From NCBI GenBank assembly GCA_947632345.1, contig CANROW010000002.1, positions 1 through 63,501 on the forward strand: 63,501 nt of DNA, given 5' to 3'. Positions 43,510-55,808 of the stretch are shown in pieces (position 1 is the first letter of the stretch; every line of letters begins with the position of its first letter). This stretch comes from an uncultured Bacilli bacterium (GTDB lineage Bacteria > Bacillota_I > Bacilli_A > RF39 > UBA660). The translations under genes and the position numbers were made by a program. The notes beneath the pieces are model-generated. The model did not search any database. It saw only the letters and a list, made by a program, of their open reading frames with translations, and was not told the origin of the DNA.

Positions 43510-44502
43510 ATGCTTACTGAGAGACAAAAAGAAATATTAAAGATAATAGTTCTTGAATATATCAAGTTAGCTAAACCGGTCGGATCTAATTTGATATGTG
43601 ATACTCTTAATTGTTCAAGCGCAACAATAAGAAGTGAAATGGCTACGCTTGAAGAGCTTGGCTTACTAGAAAAAACGCATACTTCAAGTGGACGAGTTCC
43701 TAGTGAAAAGGGATATCGGTATTATGTTGATCATCTGATGGAGTTGAAAAAGATGAGTGCTGAGGATATGTTGAAATTACAACTTATTTTCCACAATAAC
43801 CAATTACAATACAATGATTGCTTGTCCGAAAGTTTGCGATTGATTTCGGAAATGACGAACTATACTTCGATTAAATTGGGTAGTACCTCTCACAATAATA
43901 CACTCAAGGAGATAAGCGTGGTACCAATAAGTGAAGATAATTTGATTGTCATTGTAGTTACCAACATGGGATATGTTGAACATAAGAACATAGCGCTTCC
44001 AAACATTAATTTAGAAGATGTTAAGAAAACTGTTAATTTGATCAATAATATGATTGTTGGTACGCCTATCGATGAGATAAGTGCAAAATTGGAGTATGAA
44101 ATAAAGCCAATTATAGCTAATTACGTTGAAGAACATGAAAGACTATATAATGCCTTCTATAATGTCTTCAATAATTTCGCTAATAAAAATATTGATGTAG
44201 TTGGTAAGAAAAACATTTTAAAGCATAAAGAGTTTGGTAACATCGAGAAAGTCAGCCAGATTCTGGATAAATTTGATGATGATAATATAGCATCTTTAGT
44301 AGAAAATATTCAAGGAAACAACAACGATATCAACATTTTCATTGGTAAAGAGAATAACATTGATGAAGATATGACTGTCATTGAAACCAATTATCATACG
44401 CCACAAGAAGATGGAAAAATCGTTGTGGTCGGCCCTAAAAGGATGGAATATGATCGTGTTGTCAGTTTACTTGAGTTCATTAAAGAAAACATAGAACGAT
44501 AA
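43510..44502 (+). CDS. hrcA: Heat-inducible transcription repressor HrcA
   Basis: Motif MLTERQKEILKIIVLEYIKLAKPVGS...SSATIRSEMATLEELGLLEKTHTSSGRVPSEKGYRYYVDHL. Confidence 0.95.
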   Translation: MLTERQKEILKIIVLEYIKLAKPVGSNLICDTLNCSSATIRSEMATLEELGLLEKTHTSSGRVPSEKGYRYYVDHLMELKKMSAEDMLKLQLIFHNNQLQYNDCLSESLRLISEMTNYTSIKLGSTSHNNTLKEISVVPISEDNLIVIVVTNMGYVEHKNIALPNINLEDVKKTVNLINNMIVGTPIDEISAKLEYEIKPIIANYVEEHERLYNAFYNVFNNFANKNIDVVGKKNILKHKEFGNIEKVSQILDKFDDDNIASLVENIQGNNNDINIFIGKENNIDEDMTVIETNYHTPQEDGKIVVVGPKRMEYDRVVSLLEFIKENIER

Positions 44503-44512
44503 AGGAGATAAT

Positions 44513-45118
44513 ATGGAAGAAGAAGTTGTAAATAAAACTGAAGTTACGGAAGAAAAAAAGACAGTACCACCAGAAGGCGAGTGTAAACACCATAAAGGGA
44601 AGTGTTGTCATAAAAATAAATGTCAACAAGAAGAAGTTACAGAAGAAGAATTTGAAGAAAGTGCTGAAGTGCTCATTTTAAAGAATGACATTTCTATTTT
44701 GCAAGATAAATTGAAAACAGCTCAAGCTGAACAGATCAATTATCGAAAAAGAAAAGATGAAGAAGTGGCCAATCGTTTAAAATATGCAAACCAAGATTTG
44801 ATTTTAGAGATTTTACCAATTCTTGACAATTTTGAAAGAGCTTTAAAACTTCAAAATAGTGAAGATGCTAATCTGTCTAAGTTTCTTGATGGTATTAAAA
44901 TGATTTATAACAGTTTACGCGATACTTTGAAACGTTTTGGCGTTGAAGAAATTGATTGTCTTGGAAAAGAGTTTGATCACAATTTACATCAAGCAATGCT
45001 CGTTGAAAAAGATGAGTCAAAACCAAATAACACGGTTTTAGAAGTATTGATTAAAGGTTATTCCTTAAAGGAACGCATCATTCGACCTGCTGCTGTTAAA
45101 GTAAATAAATTAGATTAA
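44513..45118 (+). CDS. grpE: Nucleotide exchange factor GrpE (with Cys/His-rich N-terminal tail)
   Basis: GrpE core QINYRKRKDEE...LPILDNFERAL...HQAM. The N-terminal tail CKHHKGKCCHKNKC is unusual. Confidence 0.93.
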   Translation: MEEEVVNKTEVTEEKKTVPPEGECKHHKGKCCHKNKCQQEEVTEEEFEESAEVLILKNDISILQDKLKTAQAEQINYRKRKDEEVANRLKYANQDLILEILPILDNFERALKLQNSEDANLSKFLDGIKMIYNSLRDTLKRFGVEEIDCLGKEFDHNLHQAMLVEKDESKPNNTVLEVLIKGYSLKERIIRPAAVKVNKLD

Positions 45119-45146
45119 AAAAATAATAAAATGATAATAATGATAA

Positions 45147-46979
<1,833 letters not shown>

Positions 46980-47001
46980 AATAAAATTAATATTGATAAA
47001 T

Positions 47002-47025
47002 GAAGTTCTAGAATTCTAGAACTTC
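47002..47025 (+). terminator. 24-nt perfect palindrome after dnaK (terminator/attenuator)
   Basis: GAAGTTCTAGAATTCTAGAACTTC is followed by only a weak T-tract (aaCTTTTac). Confidence 0.45.
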
Positions 47026-47050
47026 AACTTTTACAAGAATAGGAGAATAT

Positions 47051-48850
47051 ATGAGAAAAGAACCAAAAAGAAGTGAAGTAAAGCAAGAAGATAAGTGGGA
47101 TTTGGAAAGTATGTATAATTCTGTTGATGATTGGGAAAAGGATTATCAAAAAGTAATTGAACTAGAACAAGAAGTAAAGAAATATAAAGGTCATTTATTA
47201 GATAGTGGCAAGACGTTATATGAATATTTGATTTATACTGATAAAATGGATCAAATTCTTGAAAATTTAATTATTTATGCCAGTATGAAAAGTGATGAAG
47301 ATACTACTAATACGCAATATTTGGCTTTAAAAGGAAAAGTTGAGAATCTAGAAGTCCGCATTGCTGAAGAGTTCTCTTTTGTAACACCAGAACTTTTAAA
47401 GACGGATTATTCAACTATTGAAAAATTTTATGAGGAATTTCCGCAACTTCGCGATTACGAATTCGATTTGAAAGATGTTTTTCGTTTTAAAGAACATACT
47501 TTATCTGAACCAGAAGAAAAGTTATTATCAAGTCTTTCAAATGATTTAGATTATTCTAATAAAACAGCTAGTATTATTCGCAATTCTGACTTAAAATTTG
47601 GAAATATTAAGGACGAGAATGGTGAAGAAGTTGAATTGACTAATAGTAATTATAGTATCTATATTGAATCAAAAGATCGTGAAGTTCGCAAAATGGCTTT
47701 TCAGGAAATGTACCGCACTTTGGCAAGTTTCAAAAATACGCTTGCGACAACTTATGCTGGTGAAGTCGATGCTAATGTCCATTTGAGTAAATTGCGCGGA
47801 TTTAAATCGGCCCGTGAAAGAGCTTTGTTTTCCAATAATATTGATATTAGTGTCTATGATAATCTGATTGATACGGTCAACAAACACTTAGACGTCATAT
47901 ACAAATACTACGATTTAAAAAAAGATGTATTGCATTTAGATGAATTGCATTTGTATGACATCTATACCGATTTAGTCAAGGAAAATACTAAACAATACGA
48001 TTTTGAAGAAGCTAAACAGCTCGTTATTGATGCTTTAGGTGTTCTTGGTGAGGATTATATTTCTAATTTGAAGAAAGCTTTTACAGAAAATTGGATTGAT
48101 AAATACCCTAATATTGGTAAAAGAGGTGGAGCTTATTCATGGGGAACATATACTTCTAAGCCGTTTGTTCTATTAAACTATCAAGGACGGCTTGATGATG
48201 TGTCAACGATTGCTCACGAATTAGGGCATTCAATGCACAGTTATTATTCTAAAAATAATAATCCATATCACTCATATAATTATCGTATTTTTGTCGCTGA
48301 AGTTGCTTCAACGGTCAATGAAATGTTATTATATAAATACATGCTAGGTAAAACAGACAATAAACAAGAAAAATTAGTTATTTTAAATAATTTGATGGAG
48401 TTGTTCAAAGGAACGATTTATCGTCAAGCGATGTTTGCTGAATTTGAACGAGATATCTATGCCAAAGTAGAAAATGGGGAAGTAATAACATATGATTTAT
48501 TATGTGATTACTATTATGAACTCAATAAAAAATATTTTGGTGATGGCGTTGTCGTTGATGAAGAAATTAAATATGAATGGGAAAGAATCCCGCATTTCTA
48601 TATGAATTTCTATGTATATCAATATGCGACCGGTCTTTCCGCAGCTGCAACCATTGTTACAAATATTTTAGCTGGTAAAAAAGATGCAATAGATAATTAT
48701 TTAAAATTTTTAACGCTAGGTGGAAGCATGTATCCAATAGATGAATTAAAAGTAGCTGGTGTAGACATGAATAAGAGTGAAGTAGTTGAGAATGCCATTA
48801 AGATGTTTGATGAAATTATTGATGAATTTAAAGAGGTCTACAATAGCTAG
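47051..48850 (+). CDS. pepF: Oligoendopeptidase F (M3B family)
   Basis: 599 aa with zinc motif HELGHSMH and the M3B layout. Confidence 0.88.
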   Translation: MRKEPKRSEVKQEDKWDLESMYNSVDDWEKDYQKVIELEQEVKKYKGHLLDSGKTLYEYLIYTDKMDQILENLIIYASMKSDEDTTNTQYLALKGKVENLEVRIAEEFSFVTPELLKTDYSTIEKFYEEFPQLRDYEFDLKDVFRFKEHTLSEPEEKLLSSLSNDLDYSNKTASIIRNSDLKFGNIKDENGEEVELTNSNYSIYIESKDREVRKMAFQEMYRTLASFKNTLATTYAGEVDANVHLSKLRGFKSARERALFSNNIDISVYDNLIDTVNKHLDVIYKYYDLKKDVLHLDELHLYDIYTDLVKENTKQYDFEEAKQLVIDALGVLGEDYISNLKKAFTENWIDKYPNIGKRGGAYSWGTYTSKPFVLLNYQGRLDDVSTIAHELGHSMHSYYSKNNNPYHSYNYRIFVAEVASTVNEMLLYKYMLGKTDNKQEKLVILNNLMELFKGTIYRQAMFAEFERDIYAKVENGEVITYDLLCDYYYELNKKYFGDGVVVDEEIKYEWERIPHFYMNFYVYQYATGLSAAATIVTNILAGKKDAIDNYLKFLTLGGSMYPIDELKVAGVDMNKSEVVENAIKMFDEIIDEFKEVYNS

Positions 48851-48864
48851 AAAGTTGGTGTATT

Positions 48865-49968
48865 ATGAATAAAAAAGATTATTATGAGGTTCTAGGTGTC
48901 AGTAAAGATGCCTCAGAAGCAGAAATAAAGAGTGCTTTTCGAAAACTTGCTAAACAATATCATCCCGATGTATCCAAAGAGGCTAATGCCGAGGAAAAAT
49001 TTAAAGAAATTCAAGAGGCCTATGCAGTATTATCCGATGAAAATAAGCGAAAACAGTATGATCAATTTGGACATGCAGCTTTTGATGGAGCTGCTGGTGG
49101 TGGATTTAATGCTCAAGATTTCGATTTCTCTGATATTTTTGATAGTATTTTTGGTAATAGTTTTGGTTTCGGAGCCAGTGGTGCGACTTCTGCCAATAGG
49201 AAAGCACGTGGTGGTGACAAGTTGATTCATATTAATCTTGATTTTGAAGAAGCTATTTTTGGATGTGAAAAGCAAATTAAAGTCAATGTAAGTGATGAGT
49301 GCGATGAATGTGATGGTGAAGGAGGATTTAATAGTCAAACATGCCCAACTTGTCATGGTAGCGGAACAATAACTTCACAACAACGTAGTCTATTTGGCAG
49401 CTTTATGACGCGAACGACTTGTCCAGATTGTCACGGTGAAGGTAAAACATTTAAAAGAAAATGTTCTAAATGTAATGGTACGGGGCGTGTAATGCGCGAA
49501 AAAGTTCTAAATGTCACAATTCCGGCTGGTGTTGACACCGGAAATCGTTTGCGTTTGAGTGGTAAAGGCGAAGCAGGAATCAATGGTGGTCCAAATGGTG
49601 ATTTATACTTAGAGTTTACAGTTAGAGATCATGAATTCTTTCAAAGAGACGAAGACGATATCTATTTACGAGTACCAATAACTGTTTCAGAAGCAGCTTT
49701 AGGGTGCAAGAAAACGATTCCAACTATTTATGGAAATATTAAATTGACAATACCTGCTGGTTCTAATACTGGTGATAAGCAGCGTATCAAAGATAAAGGT
49801 ATAAATAATGCTACTACTAGAAATAAAGGTGATATGTACATCATAATAGACGTTAAATTCCCAGATAAACTTTCTCACGAACAAAAGAAATTATTTGAAA
49901 AATTAGCTGAAACTGATCTCGAAGATAGCGAAATAAATAAATTTAATCGATTTGTCAAAAGCAATTAA
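48865..49968 (+). CDS. dnaJ: Molecular chaperone DnaJ (type I)
   Basis: J domain with HPD, a G/F region, and four CxxCxGxG zinc-finger repeats ([32 protein letters not shown]). Confidence 0.97.
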   Translation: MNKKDYYEVLGVSKDASEAEIKSAFRKLAKQYHPDVSKEANAEEKFKEIQEAYAVLSDENKRKQYDQFGHAAFDGAAGGGFNAQDFDFSDIFDSIFGNSFGFGASGATSANRKARGGDKLIHINLDFEEAIFGCEKQIKVNVSDECDECDGEGGFNSQTCPTCHGSGTITSQQRSLFGSFMTRTTCPDCHGEGKTFKRKCSKCNGTGRVMREKVLNVTIPAGVDTGNRLRLSGKGEAGINGGPNGDLYLEFTVRDHEFFQRDEDDIYLRVPITVSEAALGCKKTIPTIYGNIKLTIPAGSNTGDKQRIKDKGINNATTRNKGDMYIIIDVKFPDKLSHEQKKLFEKLAETDLEDSEINKFNRFVKSN

Positions 49969-49994
49969 AAAAAGTAGATATTTCTACTTTTTTT
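49967..49994 (+). terminator. Rho-independent terminator after dnaJ
   Basis: AGTAGA-tatt-TCTACT with flanking A-runs and T-runs. Confidence 0.65.
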
Positions 49995-50031
49995 ATTATA
50001 ATCTTGATATAATATTATAAGAGGTGAGATT

Positions 50032-51153
50032 GTGAGAATAAAAAAATTTTGGATGTGCATCATTATTTTTTTATCTTGTAGTATTTATATAGCAATAATG
50101 CTTGATAGAAGTATGGATCATATGGATTTTTCGGGCGAAATAGAGTCTAATGATGAGAATTTATCATTAATAAGTGATTTTGAAAAACCGTTTATTCCAT
50201 TATATAAAGTTAAAGTACCAGTCGTAAAAGATACTTGTGATCAAGATGAATGTATTACGAAACAAAGCTATAATTCTATCAAAAGCTTTTTAGAAAGTAA
50301 TTATACTACTAATAGAACAAATGATAGTCTTCTTGTAAATCAAAGTGATGATTATATTGAATTTGTTGAAAATGCCGAAAGCGATGATACAAGTTATACT
50401 TATCAAATTAATAGATATACGACGATTAATGACGTCAAAGAAGTCATTGAAGGCAAAAAAGTGGCATCATTTAATGGCAATGCAGCTTCGCAAGTACCTG
50501 TTTTAAATTATCATTTCTTCTATGATGCGACAAATGAAAGCTGTAACGAGATGATATGTTTAGATGTAAAGAATTTTGAAGCTCAGCTAAAATACTTAAA
50601 AGAAAATAATTTTAAAACATTGACGATTGAGGAATTTAGAGCTTGGATGTATGGTGAAATTGAAGTACCACAAAAAAGTGTTCTATTAACTATAGATGAT
50701 GGTGCTATGGGTACGAGTTTTATAAATGGCAATAAATTAATTCCTCTTTTAGAAAAATATCAAATACACGCAACCCTCTTTTTAATAACGGGGTGGTGGG
50801 ATAAAGCTAATTATCAATCTGATTATTTAGATCTTCAATCTCATGGTAATCTCATTCATGAATATGCGACTTGTAATGGTTCAAGTAAACCAAAGTTGCT
50901 TTGTTCAACAAGTGATCAGTTAAGAAAAGATTTTGCCAGCTCAATGGCAACTCTAGAATCAAATATTTCATTTTGTTTCCCTTTCTATGCTTATAATGAT
51001 ACTGCTATAAATGTCTTAAAAGAATTGGACTTTAAATTGGCCTTTATTGGCGGAAATAGGAAGGCAAAGCGTACTGATAATAAATATAAGATACCAAGAT
51101 ATGTCATATATAAAACGACATCGTTAAATTCTTTTAAAAATATGGTAAATTAA
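50032..51153 (+). CDS. Membrane-anchored polysaccharide deacetylase (NodB homology domain)
   Basis: N-terminal TM helix. NodB motifs LTIDDGAMG and LQSHG. GTG start. Confidence 0.7.
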   Translation: MRIKKFWMCIIIFLSCSIYIAIMLDRSMDHMDFSGEIESNDENLSLISDFEKPFIPLYKVKVPVVKDTCDQDECITKQSYNSIKSFLESNYTTNRTNDSLLVNQSDDYIEFVENAESDDTSYTYQINRYTTINDVKEVIEGKKVASFNGNAASQVPVLNYHFFYDATNESCNEMICLDVKNFEAQLKYLKENNFKTLTIEEFRAWMYGEIEVPQKSVLLTIDDGAMGTSFINGNKLIPLLEKYQIHATLFLITGWWDKANYQSDYLDLQSHGNLIHEYATCNGSSKPKLLCSTSDQLRKDFASSMATLESNISFCFPFYAYNDTAINVLKELDFKLAFIGGNRKAKRTDNKYKIPRYVIYKTTSLNSFKNMVN

Positions 51154-51174
51154 ATCCATTTAAAGATAAAAAAG

Positions 51175-51223
51175 ACCTAAATTTGATGTTAAGGATTTTG
51201 ACAACATCAATTTCTAGGTTTTT
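51175..51223. terminator. Long imperfect hairpin serving as a bidirectional terminator between convergent genes
   Basis: ACCTAAATTTGATGTT pairs with AACATCAATTTCTAGGT, followed by a T-run. It overlaps the last codons of the minus-strand rarA paralog. Confidence 0.5.
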
Positions 51224-52433
51224 CTTTTTTTAATTTTTCGATTCTTTCATATATCTGTTTTAAATTGATTTCATATCCACTGTTTTTAGGGGTGTAATAA
51301 TGTCTATTCAATAAGTTATCTGGCATATATTGTTGAACCACAAAACTGCCGGGAAAATTATGGGGATATTTATATGTTGTCGTATTTATTTTGATGACAT
51401 CTGGAATCGATCCAATATTTCCTTCTTCAATGTCTTTAAGAGCCATATTAATAGCTGTAATAGCCGTATTAGATTTTGGTGATAGAGCTAGCTCAATGAC
51501 AATTTCGCCCAGTGGAATTCTCGCTTCGGGAAGACCAACTAATTCACTAGCACTGATAGCCGCCATAACCCGAGGTCCCATATTAGGATTGGCAAGTCCA
51601 ATGTCTTCATAACAGATGACACTCATTCTTCTATAGATGCTATCAAGATCACCAAATTCAATCAAGCGTCCTAAATAGTGAAGAGCGGCATCGACATCAC
51701 TTCCACGAATAGATTTTTGAAAAGCACTTAATAAATCATAATGCCCATCACCATCTTTATCGCTGATATAGGAGGGTTTATTATTAATTTTTTTTAATAA
51801 ATCAATATCTATTTTTTGATCGTTAGTAGAGTAGTATGCCACCTCTAATAAATTATAGGCATATCTCAAATCACTACCACTAATTTTAGCTATGTGTTCA
51901 ATTGCCTCTTGATCTATTTTTATTTTTGGTAAAATCTTTTTAGCAATTACATTATTGAGAGCCGAGATGATATCATCCACGCTAAGTGGCTTAAGTTCAT
52001 ATAATTGACACCGACTGCGAATAGCGGGATTAATAGAGTGATAAGGATTAGAAGTAGTCATACCAATTAATGTTATCAATCCACTTTCTAACTGTGGCAA
52101 AAGCAAATCTTGTTTGTCTTTATTCAAACGATGAATTTCATCCATTACTAAGACAATACCATCTAACATTTTAGCTTCTTCGACCACTGCATCAAAATCT
52201 TTTTTATTATTGATAGTGGCATTTAAAAAGCGGTAGTGACATCCCAAGTCATTAACTAAAGCATTAGCAATACTAGTTTTACCAATACCGGGAGGTCCAT
52301 ATAGAATCATTGAAAAAATTTTGCCATTTTTTACGAGATTAGACAACACTTTATTTTCGCCAATCAAATGTTTTTGACCTACGACATCATTTAAAGTTTT
52401 TGGCTTCATTTTTTGGGCTAAAAGTTCATTCAT
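51207..52433 (-). CDS. Replication-associated recombination protein A (RarA/MgsA AAA+ ATPase), paralog 2 (YrvN-like)
   Basis: LAQKMKPKTLNDVVGQKHL, Walker A GPPGIGKTS, MDEIHRLNKDKQDLLLP, and the MgsA C-domain DGDGHYDLLSAFQKSIRGSDVDAALHYL. Start was set at ATG 52433. Confidence 0.88.
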   Translation of the reverse strand: MNELLAQKMKPKTLNDVVGQKHLIGENKVLSNLVKNGKIFSMILYGPPGIGKTSIANALVNDLGCHYRFLNATINNKKDFDAVVEEAKMLDGIVLVMDEIHRLNKDKQDLLLPQLESGLITLIGMTTSNPYHSINPAIRSRCQLYELKPLSVDDIISALNNVIAKKILPKIKIDQEAIEHIAKISGSDLRYAYNLLEVAYYSTNDQKIDIDLLKKINNKPSYISDKDGDGHYDLLSAFQKSIRGSDVDAALHYLGRLIEFGDLDSIYRRMSVICYEDIGLANPNMGPRVMAAISASELVGLPEARIPLGEIVIELALSPKSNTAITAINMALKDIEEGNIGSIPDVIKINTTTYKYPHNFPGSFVVQQYMPDNLLNRHYYTPKNSGYEINLKQIYERIEKLKKEKPRN

Positions 52434-52538
52434 ATCGATCACCAACTTACTAAAATATTATAACATTTGTACGATAAGCAGACAAATGTTTTTTATATAA
52501 ATAGTTTGAAATGGTGTTATAATTGAATTGGTGATAAT

Positions 52539-53426
52539 ATGATAAACGACATTGACGATTTCATAAATCATATTCAATTTGAAAAGAGATTAAGTCAAAA
52601 TACTAAACAATCATACTATAGAGATTTAATCAAATATCAAGAGTTTTTAAAGAAGAAGGGGATTACTCAAACAAAAGATGTAACTAAGAATGATATTGTC
52701 AAATACATTGAACTTTTAAATAAAGAAGATATGAAAACGACATCCATTGCTAGAAAACTGACAACAATTAAAGCTTTTCATAACTATTTATTTCAAAAAC
52801 AAGTTCTAAAAGTTGATGTGTCAGAGACTATTGATCGACCAAAACTTCGCAAAAAATTACCTAAAGTTTTAACAGTTGATGAGGTTGACAGATTACTGGA
52901 TATTGAATGTAAGACGCCATTTGACTATCGTAATAAATCTATGCTAGAATTGATGTATGGGACCGGTCTTCGAATATCTGAATTATTAGATTTAAAGATG
53001 ACTGATTTTGATTTAGAAAATTGCATAATTAGATGTAAAGGAAAAGGTAGTAAAGAAAGAATTGTGCCGATTGGTGAATATACGATGGATTCTTTAACAA
53101 ACTATTTAGGAGTTAGGAATCAATTATTAAAGAAGAAGACATGTGAGTATTTATATTTAAATAATTTAGGTGGTAGATTGAGTCGTTTCAGTTTTTTTAA
53201 AATTCTCAAGAAACTACTCCTCGAAAAAAATATTAATAAAGATGTTTCTCCTCATTCTTTGCGCCATAGTTTTGCTACTCATATGTTGGATTATGGAGCT
53301 GATTTGCGTAGTATTCAAGAGTTGTTGGGACATTCTGATATTGCTACAACAAAAATATATACTCATATTTCAAATAACAAGATTAAAAAAGAGTATGAAG
53401 AGTTTCATCCTCGAAGTCAAAAATAA
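52539..53426 (+). CDS. xerD: Site-specific tyrosine recombinase XerD
   Basis: 295 aa. It carries the catalytic pattern ...GLRISEL...HSLRHSFATHMLDYGADLRSIQELLGHSDIATTKIYTH. The xerD-deoB neighbourhood matches B. subtilis ripX-drm. Confidence 0.85.
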   Translation: MINDIDDFINHIQFEKRLSQNTKQSYYRDLIKYQEFLKKKGITQTKDVTKNDIVKYIELLNKEDMKTTSIARKLTTIKAFHNYLFQKQVLKVDVSETIDRPKLRKKLPKVLTVDEVDRLLDIECKTPFDYRNKSMLELMYGTGLRISELLDLKMTDFDLENCIIRCKGKGSKERIVPIGEYTMDSLTNYLGVRNQLLKKKTCEYLYLNNLGGRLSRFSFFKILKKLLLEKNINKDVSPHSLRHSFATHMLDYGADLRSIQELLGHSDIATTKIYTHISNNKIKKEYEEFHPRSQK

Positions 53427-53440
53427 GGAAGTGTGTAATT

Positions 53441-54610
53441 ATGAAATTTAAAAGAATATTTCTTTTAATATTAGATTCTCTCGGCGTTGGAGAAGCAATT
53501 GACGCCAATAATTATGGTGATAATGGCGCAAATACGTTAAAACATATAACGGATAATTACGATTTATTCATTCCCAATTTAGAGCGTTTAGGCTTCTTAA
53601 ATACAATAACGATGGATGATCGTGAGGACGTAGATGCTTATTATACTATAGCGCGTCCAACTAATAGTGGAAAGGATAGTTTAACAGGACATTATGAGTT
53701 AGTTGGAATTGAAAATAAGGTGCCATTTAAAACTTTTACCGAAAAAGCTTTTCCAATTGAATTAATTGATAAAATTGAAGAAATAACCGGAAAGAGGGTT
53801 ATTGGTAATAAGGTCATCAATGGAGAACAAATTATTAATGAATTAGGAGAAAGGCACTTAAATTATGGTTCTTTGATTGTTTATACATCGAATGATTCAA
53901 CTTTACAAATTGCTGCGCACGAAGATATTATACCAGTTGCTAAATTGCATACTTATTGCGAAAAAATAAGAAAATTAACCCTAAATGAAGAATGGAAAGT
54001 CGCTCGTGTAATTGCTAGACCATTCACAGGAAAACCAGGTAAATTTAAGTTTACAAACGATCGAATGGATTTCTCAGTTAAACCACCACAAAAAAGTATA
54101 TTAAATTCATTAAAAGAAAAGGAATACAGTGTCATTTCTATTGGTAAGATTGCTGATATATTTGATGGAGAGGGTATAACAAAATCTATTAAGGGAGCTA
54201 AAACTAATATAGACACAATCAATAAATTAACGGATATAATGAGTAAAAACTTTACTGGTCTATGTTTGACTAATTTAAACGATTTTGATGCATTATATGG
54301 ACATAATCGCGACATAGAAGGTTATGGTAAAGCGATAGAGGAGTTGGACGTTGAAATGCCAATGATTCTAAACAAATTAAATAATGATGATTTATTAATA
54401 ATAACTGCAGATCATGGATGTGATCCAACTTTCCCAGGAAATCATCATACACGTGAAAACGTTCCAGTTATTTTGTTTGGTCGTAATTTTAAGACACCAG
54501 GTAAATTAGAGCCTCGTCAAACAATGGCTGATATAGGTGCTACAATAGCAGAAAATTTTGGTGTCGAAATGCAAAAAATTGGAACGAGCTTTCTAGATGA
54601 TTTAAAGTAA
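53441..54610 (+). CDS. deoB: Phosphopentomutase
   Basis: KRIFLLILDSLGVGE, TADHGCDPT and a length of 389 aa are typical of DeoB. Confidence 0.92.
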   Translation: MKFKRIFLLILDSLGVGEAIDANNYGDNGANTLKHITDNYDLFIPNLERLGFLNTITMDDREDVDAYYTIARPTNSGKDSLTGHYELVGIENKVPFKTFTEKAFPIELIDKIEEITGKRVIGNKVINGEQIINELGERHLNYGSLIVYTSNDSTLQIAAHEDIIPVAKLHTYCEKIRKLTLNEEWKVARVIARPFTGKPGKFKFTNDRMDFSVKPPQKSILNSLKEKEYSVISIGKIADIFDGEGITKSIKGAKTNIDTINKLTDIMSKNFTGLCLTNLNDFDALYGHNRDIEGYGKAIEELDVEMPMILNKLNNDDLLIITADHGCDPTFPGNHHTRENVPVILFGRNFKTPGKLEPRQTMADIGATIAENFGVEMQKIGTSFLDDLK

Positions 54611-54638
54611 TTTAAGCAAAATAAAAAGGGTAGGGTAA

Positions 54639-54806
54639 CTACTCTTTTTCTTCTTCAAAACTGTCACAAATAGTGTCATCTTTGCAATTAGGATCGCTGC
54701 ATCCACATCCTACTTTAATTTCATTTAGTTGACACATCATTTTGTCACAATCGTTGTGTTTACATGTCTCAACATTACATTTAATTGTTTGACTTTTTTT
54801 TGCCAT
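54639..54806 (-). CDS. DUF1540-like small Cys-rich protein
   Basis: 55 aa after moving the start to ATG 54806, which follows GGAGGT. It has 10 Cys, with the pattern KCNVETCKHNDCDKMMCQLNEIKVGC. Confidence 0.6.
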   Translation of the reverse strand: MAKKSQTIKCNVETCKHNDCDKMMCQLNEIKVGCGCSDPNCKDDTICDSFEEEKE

Positions 54807-54915
54807 AATCTTACCTCCAATATTATTATGCGATAATAACAAACATTTATGCTTCCGATTTGATTGACATTAATTGTAAAATATGGTAAAACAAGAACAA
54901 AAGTGGTGTTTTGAT

Positions 54916-55665
54916 ATGATGTTAAGTAGAGAACAATTAAAAAAATGTATTGACCAATTCATGTTAAAATATGGAGAGATGGCTGAAAATGTGCTCTCTG
55001 ATAAATTCTTTTGGTTTGAAGATATCGGTTTTGAAAATTGGTTTTATCAGTACTATGTTGACGCATATTATAAACCCAATAAAAACGAAAATTTTTTTCT
55101 TCAAGTTTTTTCTATAAGTGGGGCATACCCAGACGAAGTTAATCCATACTATCAAATGGCAACTGAAATAGAGGAGGAGTATGGGGTAGATCGTGACATA
55201 ATGGAAGTAGGAGCTGGCTTCTTCCCTGCTCTTGCCGTAGAATTGCGCAAAAAACAGATTAAAATTGGTAAGGGAACTGTAACTATCTATGATCCGAAAA
55301 CAATTATTGATTCAGAGTCAGAATACGGAATTAAAGTTATAAAACAAAAATTTACAGAGAATATGATGATAAAAGAGGGAAGTATCTTAGTAGGCCGTAA
55401 ACCGTGTAAAGCAACGCCAATAATCATTAAAAATGCCAATGCTCAAGCAATTGAAACATATATAAACTTGTGTGCTTGTAATCATACGCCTGATACATAT
55501 CAGCACGAACATTCGGATGTTGCTCAAAAAGATATGTGGCCACATTATATAGAAAATCTCACTAAGAGCACTCTACCAAAAAATTTTATAGCAAATAGAG
55601 TAGTGAAAGAGAACCCTATCACCTATGAAAAAGAAATAATAATAAAAACAAAGAGAAGAGGTTAA
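54916..55665 (+). CDS. Hypothetical protein with Rossmann-like GxGxxP motif
   Basis: The motif IMEVGAGFFPALAVEL resembles nucleotide- or SAM-binding motif I. Nothing else was recognised. The start is uncertain (54883, 54916 or 54919). Confidence 0.55.
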   Translation: MMLSREQLKKCIDQFMLKYGEMAENVLSDKFFWFEDIGFENWFYQYYVDAYYKPNKNENFFLQVFSISGAYPDEVNPYYQMATEIEEEYGVDRDIMEVGAGFFPALAVELRKKQIKIGKGTVTIYDPKTIIDSESEYGIKVIKQKFTENMMIKEGSILVGRKPCKATPIIIKNANAQAIETYINLCACNHTPDTYQHEHSDVAQKDMWPHYIENLTKSTLPKNFIANRVVKENPITYEKEIIIKTKRRG

Positions 55666-55720
55666 CTACTCTTTTTCATTATAATAGGCTATAACCTTAT
55701 TAAATATATATAATATTGAT

Positions 55721-55808
55721 ATATGCGCGTATTATAACCTTATTATATTTATAAATAAGGATAATATGCACGTATAACCTTATTTTATATATAATAAGGT
55801 TATATATA
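55721..55808. repeat. Two tandem 43-45-bp units, each ATATGCRCGTAT followed by a hairpin built on ATAACCTTATT / AATAAGG(T)TAT
   Basis: Unit A is 55721-55763 (imperfect hairpin). Unit B is 55764-55808, with the perfect 12-bp palindrome TATAACCTTATT-N8-AATAAGGTTATA at 55773-55804. A third ATAACCTTATT lies at 55691-55701. Confidence 0.7.

Noticed and set aside
52539-53426. A tyrosine recombinase that could mark an integrated element.
   Set aside because: Its length, catalytic-motif pattern and the conserved xerD-deoB neighbourhood fit chromosomal XerD. No att-like repeats or phage or ICE genes flank it.
54636-55677. A 15-nt exact direct repeat TAACTACTCTTTTTC at 54636-54650 and 55663-55677. It brackets the DUF1540-like gene and the 54916-55665 gene and looks like insertion-site duplication.
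   Set aside because: An exact 15-mer match is within chance expectation for a window this long and this AT-rich. The first copy is simply the coding 3' end (EEEKE-stop) of the DUF1540-like gene. No further similarity extends on either side.
55721-55808. Tandem repeat units that might be mistaken for a mini CRISPR array.
   Set aside because: There are only two units, and each is an internal hairpin with no unique spacers between repeats. There are no cas genes in the window.
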